From Candidatus Wildermuthbacteria bacterium GWA2_46_15 (lineage in GTDB: Bacteria > Patescibacteriota > Minisyncoccia > Minisyncoccales > GWA2-46-15): a stretch of 37,378 bases of DNA. Under the pieces are notes generated by a model. The model was not told the DNA's origin. It searched no databases and was given only the letters and a program-made list of their open reading frames with translations. The stretch covers positions 5,079 through 42,456 of the forward strand of contig MHTO01000019.1 in the NCBI GenBank assembly GCA_001823105.1. Direction: 5' to 3'. Shown here piece by piece: positions 27,510-37,279 of the stretch. Position numbers and translations under genes: made by a program. Positions within the stretch are counted from its first letter, which is position 1. The number at the start of each line of letters is the position of its first letter.

Positions 27510-28502
27510 TTATTCGATCAGTTCGGGCTGGAAAAATTTATTTATTTTTATTTCTTTGGTGATGACTTTTTTTATCTTTTTATTCTCAATAGTAATCTCC
27601 ACGACCTCCCCTTGCGTCGTTTCTTTTGAGAAGCCCTGATCAAAGACGAAATTGCCCAGGCCGTAGAAAATGTAGCCCGAACGATATTCTTCTGATTCTT
27701 GGACGATATGGCTGTGATGGTTGACGACGATGTTGGCGCCGGCGTCAATGAAAGCCCGCGAAAAAGTGGTCTGAGAAAGAGTCGGTTCTTTGGCGTATTC
27801 CTGGCCGGCGTGAAGAGAAACAATGACGACGTCGGTCAGCTCCCGGGCCAGGGTCAGGTCGGCTTTAATTCTTTCGAGGTTGTTTTCCGAAACTCGGGCA
27901 ATACCGATGTTTTCCGCCAGAGCCTGCCAAGCAAAGGGGGCTTGGTCGGTGTAGGCGAAAAAAGCGATGCGGGTGTCCCGGACGGTCTTGATCGTCGTGA
28001 AATAGGCCTGGCTTTCGGTTCCGGCCCCCACCGGCGAGATGCCCGCGTCGATCAGGCGATTCAAGCTGTCTTGGAGCGCCTCTCGGCCGTAATCCAGGGC
28101 GTGGTTATTGGCCAGGGAAAGAACATTGAAACCGGCAAACTTTAAGCCCTCAATGGCTTGGGGGTCGGCGCGGAAGGAATAAATACTGCCCACTTTCGTG
28201 CCCCGGTCAGAAATCTGGCTTTCCAGGTTGCCAAAGACGAGGTCCGCCTTTTTCATTTCGTCCGCCATCTTCAAAAAGGGGAATTTAAAGTCACCCTGAC
28301 CCTCCTTTTCAATCATATATTTAACTCCGCGGTCGAGCATGATGTCGCCGGCCAAAAAGAGTTTGACTGATTTTTCCGCCGGGCTTGGTTCGGGAACCGT
28401 AGTCTTAATCTCAATGGTCGTTGTCCTTAAGAAGAAAAAAGTCAGAGCCAGAACCAAGACGCTCAAAGAAACACCCGAAACTATTTTTACAGATTTGGTC
28501 AT
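27510..28502 (-). CDS. CapA/PGA_cap family metallophosphoesterase-like protein
   Basis: GDIMLDR, GNLE, LANNHALDYG, SLHAGQEY, HHSH, YGLGNFVFDQ. Confidence 0.9.
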   Translation of the reverse strand: MTKSVKIVSGVSLSVLVLALTFFFLRTTTIEIKTTVPEPSPAEKSVKLFLAGDIMLDRGVKYMIEKEGQGDFKFPFLKMADEMKKADLVFGNLESQISDRGTKVGSIYSFRADPQAIEGLKFAGFNVLSLANNHALDYGREALQDSLNRLIDAGISPVGAGTESQAYFTTIKTVRDTRIAFFAYTDQAPFAWQALAENIGIARVSENNLERIKADLTLARELTDVVIVSLHAGQEYAKEPTLSQTTFSRAFIDAGANIVVNHHSHIVQESEEYRSGYIFYGLGNFVFDQGFSKETTQGEVVEITIENKKIKKVITKEIKINKFFQPELIE

Positions 28503-28527
28503 GGTTCTTCCTTGATATTACCAGAGA

Positions 28528-28556
28528 TTGAAATTTTTCTGAAATTATGCTACAAT
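28528..28556 (+). promoter_or_regulatory. sigma70-like promoter for uvrA
   Basis: TTGAAA-N17-TACAAT with extended TG. Confidence 0.55.
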
Positions 28557-28616
28557 GCCCAACATTGCTAAGGTTCTGCGAGCGGAGCGAGCAGGTTCTT
28601 ATCATATTCGATTGCC

Positions 28617-31514
28617 ATGTCGGAAAATTATATTAAAATCCGGGGAGCGAGAGTTCATAACTTACAGAATATCGACGTTGATATTCCCAAAAACAAATTG
28701 GTCGTCATCACCGGTTTATCCGGCTCGGGGAAATCTTCTTTAGCTTTTGACACTCTTTATGCCGAAGGTCAAAGAAGATATCTCGAAAGTCTTTCGGCTT
28801 ACGCCCGGCAGTTTTTGGGCGTCATGCAGAAACCGGACGCGGACAAGATCGAGGGCATTTCTCCTTCCATCGCCATTGATCAGAGAAAAGCCAGTCACAA
28901 TCCCCGGTCCACCGTCGGCACGATCACCGAAATCTATGATTATTTAAGGCTTCTCTTTGCCCGCGTAGGCTTGCCGCACTGTCCCCAATGCGGCCGATTG
29001 GTCAGTCGCCAGACGATTGACCAGATTGCCTCACAGATCCGGCAGCTGCCTTCCCAGAGAGAAATCATTATTCTGGGACCGGTCATCCGGGGCAAAAAAG
29101 GAGAACACATCGGGGTCTTAGAAGAAATCAAAAAGGCGGGTTTCCTGCGCGTCCGGATTGACGGCATTGTTTTTCGCACTGAAGAGGCTTTGGAGAAAAC
29201 TTTGGACCGGCAGAAAAAGCATAATCTCGAAGTCGTCATTGACCGCCTGGTCATTGATAAAGAGTTGGATAAATCGAGATTGGTTGATTCCTTGGAAACG
29301 GCCCTAAAACTGGGCAAGGGCATTGTAATCATAAGCGCAAAGCGCAAAACGCAAAGCGCAAAGCTTGAATACGAAGACTTGATCTTTTCGGAACATTTTG
29401 CCTGCGAAGAGTGCGGCCTGTCTTTGCCCGAATTAGAACCACGTCTCTTTTCTTTTAACTCGCCCTACGGGGCGTGTCCGGCTTGCCAAGGGTTGGGGCA
29501 GAAACTGGAAGTTGACCCGAAATTAGTCCTGCCCAACCCGAATCTGACTTTGGGCGAAGGCGCCATTTTTCCCTGGGCCCACGCCTCGCACCGGACCGGG
29601 CGCCAGGGATTCTTTTGGTTCAGGCTGCAGAACCTTTCCGAGAAATACCAAATTCCTCTGGATGTGCCGGTCAAAGAACTTTCTGAAAACGATCTCCGGC
29701 AGATTCTTTACGGAGACAGCCAGATCGAAGGCGTCATTCCCTGGTTGAGGAGAAGATACCACGAGACGGATTCAGATTACGCCCGGGCCGAAATTGAACA
29801 GTACATGGTGGAGAAAATCTGTGAGGCGTGCCGCGGCAAGAGGCTGAAGCCGGAAGCACTGGCAGTGACTGTTTTAAATAAGTCTATTGCCGATATTGTC
29901 GGTATGTCGATTGCGCAAATCAAGGGATTTTTTGAAGGCTCATTGGTTCAAACTCAAAGCGCAAAACGCAAACCTTGGTCCCGAGAAAACGAAATCGCCA
30001 TAGCAAAGCCGATCATTAAAGAAATTCTCAGCCGGCTGCAGTTTTTAATTGACGTGGGGCTGGATTACCTTTCTTTGAACCGTCAGGCTTCGACCTTGGC
30101 CGGGGGAGAAGAGCAGCGCATTCGCCTGGCCACTCAGCTGGGTTCTCAGTTGACCGGTGTTTTGTACATCCTGGACGAACCCTCGGTGGGCTTGCATTCC
30201 CGGGATCAGGGCCGGTTGATTGAAAGCCTCAAAAAATTGCGCGACCTGGGCAATAGCATCATCGTCGTTGAGCACGATGCCCAGACGATTCGGGCTTCAG
30301 ACTGGGTCATTGATATTGGCCCGGGCGCGGGCAAACACGGCGGCCGCGTCACCTTCACCGGGACTCCCCGGCAACTGTTGAAATCCAAGACCCTGACCGG
30401 AGACTATCTAGCGGGACGGAGAAAAGTCGCCGTGCCGGCTCCAAGTAAAAACTCCCCAAGGTCGAACCTTATTATTAAAGGCGCCCGGGAGCACAACTTA
30501 AAGAACATTGACGTTAAGATCCCGCTGGGGAAATTTGTCTGCGTCACGGGCGTTTCCGGTTCGGGCAAATCTTCTTTGGTCAATGATGTTTTGGCCAAAG
30601 CCTGCTTGAAGAAGTTTTACCGGGCCAAAGAAGAGCCGGGCCGGCACGAAACCATTTTGGGTTTGGAGAATCTGAATAAGGTCGTTTTGGTTGATCAATT
30701 GCCGATTGGCCGGACGCCCCGGTCAAACCCGGCCACTTATACCGGCGCCTTTGCCTATATCCGCGATCTTTTTGCCAAGACCAAGGAGGCGAGGATCCGG
30801 GGATTTGGACCGGGGAGGTTTAGTTTCAACGTCTCCGCCAAAGGCGGATCCGCCTCTGGAGGAAAGGGCGGCCGCTGTGAAGCCTGCGAGGGCCAGGGCG
30901 AAATCAAGATTGAAATGTATTTTCTGCCCGATCTCTATCAGGAATGCCAGGAGTGCAAGGGCCAGAGATTTAACCAGGAAACTTTGTCGATTGAATACAC
31001 GCCCCTGGGCCAGGCCAAAGGCAAAAACATTGCCCAGATTCTTTCTTTGACGATTGAGGAAGCTCTGTCGTTTTTTAAAAACATTCCGGGGCTTTGGCAA
31101 AAACTTCAGACCTTAAATGACGTTGGCCTGAGCTATCTCGAACTGGGCCAACCGGCTATTTCCCTGTCCGGGGGAGAAGCCCAGCGCATCAAGTTAGCCG
31201 CGGAGCTCTCTCGGCGAGACACGGGTAAAACCCTTTACGTCCTCGACGAACCCACCACCGGCCTGCATTTTGAAGATGTCCGGAAACTGGTTGAAGTTTT
31301 GCGCCGCTTGGTGGATAAAGGGAACACCGTTCTGGTCGTCGAACACAATTTAGAATTAATTAAAAACTCGGACTGGATTATTGATCTGGGTCCGGAAGGC
31401 GGAGAAAAGGGCGGTCAGATTGTCATCGCGGGCACCCCTCGCGAAATATCCAGAACTACCCGGTCCCATACCGGCCGATATCTTAAAGAGGCCTTGGCGG
31501 GCAGAATTCTTTAG
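28617..31514 (+). CDS. uvrA: Excinuclease ABC subunit A
   Basis: Two ABC ATPase modules ([34 protein letters not shown]) and Zn fingers. Confidence 0.99.
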   Translation: MSENYIKIRGARVHNLQNIDVDIPKNKLVVITGLSGSGKSSLAFDTLYAEGQRRYLESLSAYARQFLGVMQKPDADKIEGISPSIAIDQRKASHNPRSTVGTITEIYDYLRLLFARVGLPHCPQCGRLVSRQTIDQIASQIRQLPSQREIIILGPVIRGKKGEHIGVLEEIKKAGFLRVRIDGIVFRTEEALEKTLDRQKKHNLEVVIDRLVIDKELDKSRLVDSLETALKLGKGIVIISAKRKTQSAKLEYEDLIFSEHFACEECGLSLPELEPRLFSFNSPYGACPACQGLGQKLEVDPKLVLPNPNLTLGEGAIFPWAHASHRTGRQGFFWFRLQNLSEKYQIPLDVPVKELSENDLRQILYGDSQIEGVIPWLRRRYHETDSDYARAEIEQYMVEKICEACRGKRLKPEALAVTVLNKSIADIVGMSIAQIKGFFEGSLVQTQSAKRKPWSRENEIAIAKPIIKEILSRLQFLIDVGLDYLSLNRQASTLAGGEEQRIRLATQLGSQLTGVLYILDEPSVGLHSRDQGRLIESLKKLRDLGNSIIVVEHDAQTIRASDWVIDIGPGAGKHGGRVTFTGTPRQLLKSKTLTGDYLAGRRKVAVPAPSKNSPRSNLIIKGAREHNLKNIDVKIPLGKFVCVTGVSGSGKSSLVNDVLAKACLKKFYRAKEEPGRHETILGLENLNKVVLVDQLPIGRTPRSNPATYTGAFAYIRDLFAKTKEARIRGFGPGRFSFNVSAKGGSASGGKGGRCEACEGQGEIKIEMYFLPDLYQECQECKGQRFNQETLSIEYTPLGQAKGKNIAQILSLTIEEALSFFKNIPGLWQKLQTLNDVGLSYLELGQPAISLSGGEAQRIKLAAELSRRDTGKTLYVLDEPTTGLHFEDVRKLVEVLRRLVDKGNTVLVVEHNLELIKNSDWIIDLGPEGGEKGGQIVIAGTPREISRTTRSHTGRYLKEALAGRIL
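30834..30863. repeat. 30-nt double-hairpin insertion in frame in uvrA ([10 protein letters not shown])
   Basis: tccgcc-aaa-ggcgga|tccgcc-tct-ggagga splits the conserved FSFNV-KGGRCE motif. Confidence 0.8.
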
Positions 31515-31565
31515 CGGTTATTTTTTCAGTATTTGTGCGAAGCCGGGCCTTTGCTTTTCCGGCCC

Positions 31566-31594
31566 TTGACAGACGGTTGTCACTTCAATAAAAT
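31566..31594 (+). promoter_or_regulatory. sigma70 promoter of groES-groEL
   Basis: TTGACA-N17-TAAAAT. Confidence 0.75.
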
Positions 31595-31607
31595 CAAGGT
31601 GACTCCA

Positions 31608-31634
31608 TTAGCAGTCAACACATTTAATTGCTAG
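31608..31634 (+). promoter_or_regulatory. Degenerate CIRCE (HrcA operator)
   Basis: TTAGCAGTC-N9-AATTGCTAG versus consensus TTAGCACTC-N9-GAGTGCTAA; lies between the promoter and the groES start. Confidence 0.6.
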
Positions 31635-31645
31635 CTGAGAAAAAT

Positions 31646-31936
31646 ATGAACATCAAACCCTTAAGTGATCACGTTTTGATCGAACCCCTGCCCCAGGCCG
31701 AGAAGACCAAGGGCGGCATTTTTCTGCCCGAATCGGCGGAAAAAGAAAGGCCCGAACAGGGCCAGATTGTGGCCGTTGGCCCGGGTAAGAAATTAATTTC
31801 AGGCAAGATTATTCCTCTCAACGTCCAGGTGGGCGATAAGGTTTTGTTTACCAAATACGGACCCAACGAAATTAAAGTCGATGACAAAGAGTATCTCATC
31901 GCCAAAGAGGAGGATATACTGGCGGTAATTGAATAA
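31646..31936 (+). CDS. groES: Co-chaperonin GroES
   Basis: IKPLSDHVLIE..TKGGIFLP..VAVGPG..VGDKVLF..DILAVIE. Confidence 0.98.
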   Translation: MNIKPLSDHVLIEPLPQAEKTKGGIFLPESAEKERPEQGQIVAVGPGKKLISGKIIPLNVQVGDKVLFTKYGPNEIKVDDKEYLIAKEEDILAVIE

Positions 31937-33574
<1,638 letters not shown>

Positions 33575-33591
33575 TAAGACTCGATCTTTAG

Positions 33592-33630
33592 ACAGAAAAC
33601 GGAGGAGACCGGGTCTCCTCCGTTTTCTGT
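33592..33630. terminator. Perfect 19-bp inverted repeat after groEL, probable (bidirectional) terminator
   Basis: acagaaaacggaggagacc-g-ggtctcctccgttttctgt. Confidence 0.75.
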
Positions 33631-33704
33631 TGCCAAACCGGTCTTTTCTGCTAGAATGAAAACGATATCAAAGGTCGCTCTCTTACTTTTTAAACTTCAA
33701 AACC

Positions 33705-34259
33705 ATGTTACCATTTCAAGTTTTATTTTTGGCCGTGGTTCTTGTCGCCGCCTGGCTGGTTTTAACCTATAACCGCCTGGTGGCTTTAAGACAGCGAGCC
33801 AAAGAAGCCTGGTCCGACATTGAGGTTCAGCTGAAGAGAAGATACGATCTGATCCCCAACTTGGTCCAGACGGTCAAGGGCTATGCCGCTCACGAATCGG
33901 GCGTCTTTGAAAGAGTGACCCAGGCCCGGACTCGGGCCATGGGCGCCCAGGGCATGAAAGAGCAGGCCGAAGCGGAAAACATGCTTTCGCAAACCCTGAA
34001 AAGCCTTTTTGCCGTGGCCGAAAACTATCCTCAGCTGCAGGCGGCCCAGAATTTCTTGGCCTTGCAGAATGAGCTGACCGATACCGAAGACAAAATTCAG
34101 GCGGCGCGTCGGTTCTATAACGCTAATGTCCGGGATTTGAGCATTGCCGTCCAGACCTTTCCTTCGAGCCTGATCGCCGGCGCTTTCGACTTCAAGGCTC
34201 CCGAGTTTTTTGAGACCGTCAACGAAGCGGAAAAAGAGCCGGTCCAAGTTAAGTTTTAG
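33705..34259 (+). CDS. lemA: LemA family protein
   Basis: YNRLV..AWSDIEVQLKRRYDLIPNLV, AVAENYPQL, ARRFYN. Confidence 0.96.
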   Translation: MLPFQVLFLAVVLVAAWLVLTYNRLVALRQRAKEAWSDIEVQLKRRYDLIPNLVQTVKGYAAHESGVFERVTQARTRAMGAQGMKEQAEAENMLSQTLKSLFAVAENYPQLQAAQNFLALQNELTDTEDKIQAARRFYNANVRDLSIAVQTFPSSLIAGAFDFKAPEFFETVNEAEKEPVQVKF

Positions 34260-34334
34260 CGTAAAGCTTAAAGCGATTTCTAGTTTTTAATTTTGAGTCG
34301 TAATTTTGCGCTTTGAGATTTGAATTTTGAGTTT
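34257..34334. repeat. Heptamer-periodic inverted repeat, copy 3 (left arm truncated)
   Basis: tagcgtaaagcttaaagcg ... right-arm reverse complement aaactc-aaaattc-aaatctc-aaagcgc-aaaatt-acgactc-aaaatta-aaaa. Confidence 0.75.
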
Positions 34335-34339
34335 GAAAC

Positions 34340-35230
34340 ATGACCATCTACACCCAAGCCTCTTCCAACGTTCGTAAAACCTGGATTCTTTTGGGTTCAT
34401 TTTTGGTTTTTATCATCGGCCTGGGCTGGCTCTTCAGCTATGTTTTGGACAATCAACTCATTCTGGTTTTTGTCACCGTCTTCAGCCTTGCTACCAGCTT
34501 CGTCAGCTATTGGTATTCGGACAAGATTGTTTTGGCGATGACCCATGCCCAAGAAGTTGACCACGCTAAAAATCTCGAGCTCTATCACTTGTTAGAAAAC
34601 TTATGCATTGCCGCGGGCCTGCCGCAACCAAAGTTCTACATCCTGGAGGAAGCCCAGCCCAACGCCTTTGCCACCGGCCGGGATCCCCAGCACGGCGTCA
34701 TCGTCGTGACGCGCGGTTTGCTGGAGAAGCTGGAAAAACCCGAGCTCGAAGGCGTCTTGGCCCACGAATTGTCCCACATCGGCAACCGCGACAGTCTTTT
34801 AATGACGGTCGTCGTCATCCTGGCCGGCCTGGTTTCCAATCTGTCTAGTTTCTTTTTCCGGATGAATTGGCGCCGCCAGAGCGACGACAATAATAAAGCC
34901 GGCGCCATTCTGATGGTGGCGGCTCTGGCGGCCGCCATCCTGGCTCCTTTGGCCGCTCTACTGATCCAGCTGGCCATTTCCCGGAAGCGGGAGTTTTTGG
35001 CCGATGCCTCGGGTTCCCTTTTAACCCGTTATCCCGAAGGATTGGCTCGGGCCCTGGCCAAAATCAGCCTGGATCCGGCGTCTCTGAAGGTGGCCAATCC
35101 CGGCACCGCCCACCTCTATATCGTCAATCCTTTGCGAGGGAAGGCGGCGGCGGGCTGGCTGGCCGGTCTCTTCTCCACCCATCCGCCCATCAACGATCGC
35201 ATCAAAGCTCTGCGCGAGATGAGCATTTAA
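34340..35230 (+). CDS. htpX: Zinc metalloprotease HtpX (M48)
   Basis: PNAFATG, HELSH (HExxH), SRKREFLAD, STHPP; follows lemA. Confidence 0.95.
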   Translation: MTIYTQASSNVRKTWILLGSFLVFIIGLGWLFSYVLDNQLILVFVTVFSLATSFVSYWYSDKIVLAMTHAQEVDHAKNLELYHLLENLCIAAGLPQPKFYILEEAQPNAFATGRDPQHGVIVVTRGLLEKLEKPELEGVLAHELSHIGNRDSLLMTVVVILAGLVSNLSSFFFRMNWRRQSDDNNKAGAILMVAALAAAILAPLAALLIQLAISRKREFLADASGSLLTRYPEGLARALAKISLDPASLKVANPGTAHLYIVNPLRGKAAAGWLAGLFSTHPPINDRIKALREMSI

Positions 35231-35234
35231 ACCT

Positions 35235-35669
35235 ATGAAACAACCATTGATTCGCACCATTTATCTTTACCTTTTTACTTTAATCGGACTGGTTTTAATT
35301 ACCATTGGTTCGGTTAATCTGATAAACTTGGGATTAAAAAGATTTATTTTTACCAAAGCAGACCAGGAATTAAACTATAATCTCAAGCCGTCTTTTCCGA
35401 TGACGATCGATGGCAGAGCGGCAACAGAGGAAGACTTTATTTCGGCAGTAGAGAAATGCCAGGAAAAGTGCGATTTAACTTCAGAGCAAAAACAGCAGAT
35501 TGCCAGCTGGCTGAAAGATTACAAAATTTGGCAGGAGCAAGAAAAACAATTTGATTATCTGGCTCAGCAAAGACAAAGAGAGTTTTCTTTGGCTTTGGCT
35601 TTGATTATTGTTGGTTTGCCGCTTTACCTTTATCACTGGTCAACCATCAAAAGAGAAACCAAAGACTAG
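35235..35669 (+). CDS. Hypothetical membrane protein (two TM segments)
   Basis: IRTIYLYLF..N-terminal TM and C-terminal IIVGLPLYLYHW. Confidence 0.75.
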   Translation: MKQPLIRTIYLYLFTLIGLVLITIGSVNLINLGLKRFIFTKADQELNYNLKPSFPMTIDGRAATEEDFISAVEKCQEKCDLTSEQKQQIASWLKDYKIWQEQEKQFDYLAQQRQREFSLALALIIVGLPLYLYHWSTIKRETKD

Positions 35670-35672
35670 AGA

Positions 35673-35695
35673 ATTAAGGAGCTAAGCTCCTTAAT
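35673..35695. repeat. 23-nt perfect palindrome abutting tRNA-Ser
   Basis: attaaggagct-a-agctccttaat. Confidence 0.7.
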
Positions 35696-35697
35696 GA

Positions 35698-35781
35698 GGA
35701 GGAGTCGCATAGCGGCCATTGCAACGGCTTGGAAAGCCGTGATCCGAAAGGGTCCCGTGGGTTCGAGTCCCACCTCCTCCG
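35698..35781 (+). tRNA. tRNA-Ser (anticodon GGA), CCA not encoded
   Basis: ggaggag..ctcctcc acceptor stem, acggc-ttGGAaa-gccgt, long variable arm, gtgggttcgagtcccac. Confidence 0.95.
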
Positions 35782-35806
35782 CTTTAACAATTTAATCTAT
35801 GCTTTC

Positions 35807-36268
35807 ATGAAAGGATTTGTCATCAACATCGAAAAAGAGACTCGGGCGAACGAGAATTTCCGCCAGGTTCTCTACACCTCTAAACACAGCCAGTTGGTCT
35901 TGATGAGCCTCAAGCCCCGGGAAGAAATCGGGATGGAGAGGCATCCCGACAACGACCAGTTTTTCCGCTTTGAAAGGGGACGGGGCAAATGCGTCATCGA
36001 TGGACACGAGTATGAGGTTTCTGACGGCGTGGCCGTGGTCGTGCCGGCCGGCGCCGAGCACAACGTCGTCAATATTTCTGAAACCGAAGACCTCAAACTC
36101 TACACTATCTATTCCCCGGCCCACCACCAAGACGGCATTGTGCGCCAGAGCAAGACCGAGGCCGCGGCCAGCACCCGGAGTTCGACGGCGTCACCACCGA
36201 ATAAGGCCGTGCTTAACCAGGTTAAGCACAAGGTTAAAAATACTGGCTTTGGAAGTGTAAAATATTAG
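35807..36268 (+). CDS. Cupin domain protein; probable 1-nt frameshift near 36173 (ancestral end likely ...EFDGVTTE* at 36204)
   Basis: NFRQVLYT..QLVLMSL..EIGME.H..DQFFRFE.G..VPAGAEHNV..KLYTIYSPAHH. Confidence 0.85.
   Translation: MKGFVINIEKETRANENFRQVLYTSKHSQLVLMSLKPREEIGMERHPDNDQFFRFERGRGKCVIDGHEYEVSDGVAVVVPAGAEHNVVNISETEDLKLYTIYSPAHHQDGIVRQSKTEAAASTRSSTASPPNKAVLNQVKHKVKNTGFGSVKY
36164..36215 (+). repeat. Direct repeat, copy A (cupin 3' end plus half palindrome)
   Basis: gcggccagcacccggagttcgacggcgtcaccaccgaataaggccgtgctta; matches 37172-37225. Confidence 0.85.
36209..36229. repeat. 21-nt perfect palindrome (GTGCTTAAC family)
   Basis: gtgcttaacc-a-ggttaagcac. Confidence 0.75.
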
Positions 36269-36307
36269 AAAGGTCGATCTTTTATTCAATTAACTGACTG
36301 ATAGATT

Positions 36308-36739
36308 ATGGAAAACTCTAAAAAAATTGATCCTTCGACAGGCTCAGGATCAACCCTGAGCAAAGCCGAATGGGTTGAGTGGATCTTACGTGTGGCCGTG
36401 GCCGGCGAGTTTATCGGCCACGGCGCATTTGCGCTGCAAGGTCGCCCGGCCTGGGTGGCCTGGTTTTCCATCTTCGGCGTCTCCGATCCGCAAATCGCCA
36501 CGACGCTTCTCTGGCTCGTTGGCCTGCTCGACATCACTCTGGCGGTTTTGGTTTTGATTAAACCGGTTCGCCTCGCCCTTCTCTGGATGACCTTTTGGGG
36601 TTTTTGGACCGCCTTAATGCGCCCGATCGCCGGCGAATCAATTTTTGAATTCGTGGAAAGGTGGGCAAACTGGGGCGCGCCACTGGCCTTATTGCTTCTT
36701 GTCGGTTGGCCCAAATCAATTAAAGAATGGCTTAGATAA
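36308..36739 (+). CDS. DoxX-like membrane protein carrying a 16-codon repeat insertion near the N terminus
   Basis: WILRVAVAGEFIGHG, several TM segments, FVERWANWGAPLALL. Confidence 0.7.
   Translation: MENSKKIDPSTGSGSTLSKAEWVEWILRVAVAGEFIGHGAFALQGRPAWVAWFSIFGVSDPQIATTLLWLVGLLDITLAVLVLIKPVRLALLWMTFWGFWTALMRPIAGESIFEFVERWANWGAPLALLLLVGWPKSIKEWLR
36331..36378. mobile_element. 48-nt paired-hairpin (REPIN-like) in-frame insertion with TTGA target repeat
   Basis: ttga|tccttcgacaggctcagga|tcaa|ccctgagcaaagccgaatggg|ttga. Confidence 0.8.
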
Positions 36740-36766
36740 TTGAATTAATTGAAAGGAATATAGTTT

Positions 36767-37171
36767 ATGGAACCATACTTGACTTTGCTGCTGATTTTTT
36801 CCGGCTTGGGAATCGTGGATACGCTCTACCTGGCCTACCACAGCATCACCAAAACCGACGTTGCCTGTCCGTTTTTCCCGAAAGAGTGGTGCCGGAAAGT
36901 TCAATACAGCCAACTGAGCAGAACCTTTGGGATTCCCAATTCGTATTTGGGATTGGTCATGTATCTCGTTATTTTCGGATTAACCATCGGCCATATAAAC
37001 GCCTTGGCCGTTCCCTTTTGGTGGCTGCAACTGGTAATCGGTTTTGGATTTTTATTCTCCCTGTATTTCACCTTTGTTCAGGCATTTATCCTGCGGGCGT
37101 TTTGCACCTGGTGCGTTGTCTCCGCCGTTAGTTTTACGGCGCTGGCCGTGGCTGCTTTCATTCTGCGCTGA
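36767..37171 (+). CDS. Vitamin K epoxide reductase (VKOR) family protein
   Basis: C-x6-C loop cysteines, V.YS..S..FGIPNS.LG, FCTWC (CxxC), four TM segments. Confidence 0.9.
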   Translation: MEPYLTLLLIFSGLGIVDTLYLAYHSITKTDVACPFFPKEWCRKVQYSQLSRTFGIPNSYLGLVMYLVIFGLTIGHINALAVPFWWLQLVIGFGFLFSLYFTFVQAFILRAFCTWCVVSAVSFTALAVAAFILR

Positions 37172-37225
37172 GCGGCCAGCGTGCTGGAGTTCGACGGCGT
37201 CACTCACCGAATAAGGCTGTGCTTA
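37172..37225 (+). repeat. Direct repeat, copy B
   Basis: gcggccagcgtgctggagttcgacggcgtcactcaccgaataaggctgtgctta. Confidence 0.85.
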
Positions 37226-37235
37226 CGACCGAATA

Positions 37236-37258
37236 GTTGCTTGGTCTGACCAAGCAAC
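37236..37258. repeat. 23-nt perfect palindrome (GGTCWGACC core) followed by a partial half-copy
   Basis: gttgcttggtc-t-gaccaagcaac then gcctgatcaagcaac; same family as 6533-6559. Confidence 0.8.
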
Positions 37259-37279
37259 GCCTGATCAAGCAACGCTCCA

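Noticed and set aside
30999..31016. Extra TPLGQA residues in UvrA with a tiny hairpin
   Set aside because: Too short and single-copy to assign to a repeat family; may be an ordinary loop indel.
33592..33630. groEL downstream palindrome as a REP
   Set aside because: Its position and A/T-tailed GC stem are adequately explained by an intrinsic terminator; there is no second copy.
35729..35806. N-terminal extension of the cupin ORF in the ORF track
   Set aside because: It overlaps tRNA-Ser; the real start is most likely ATG 35807.
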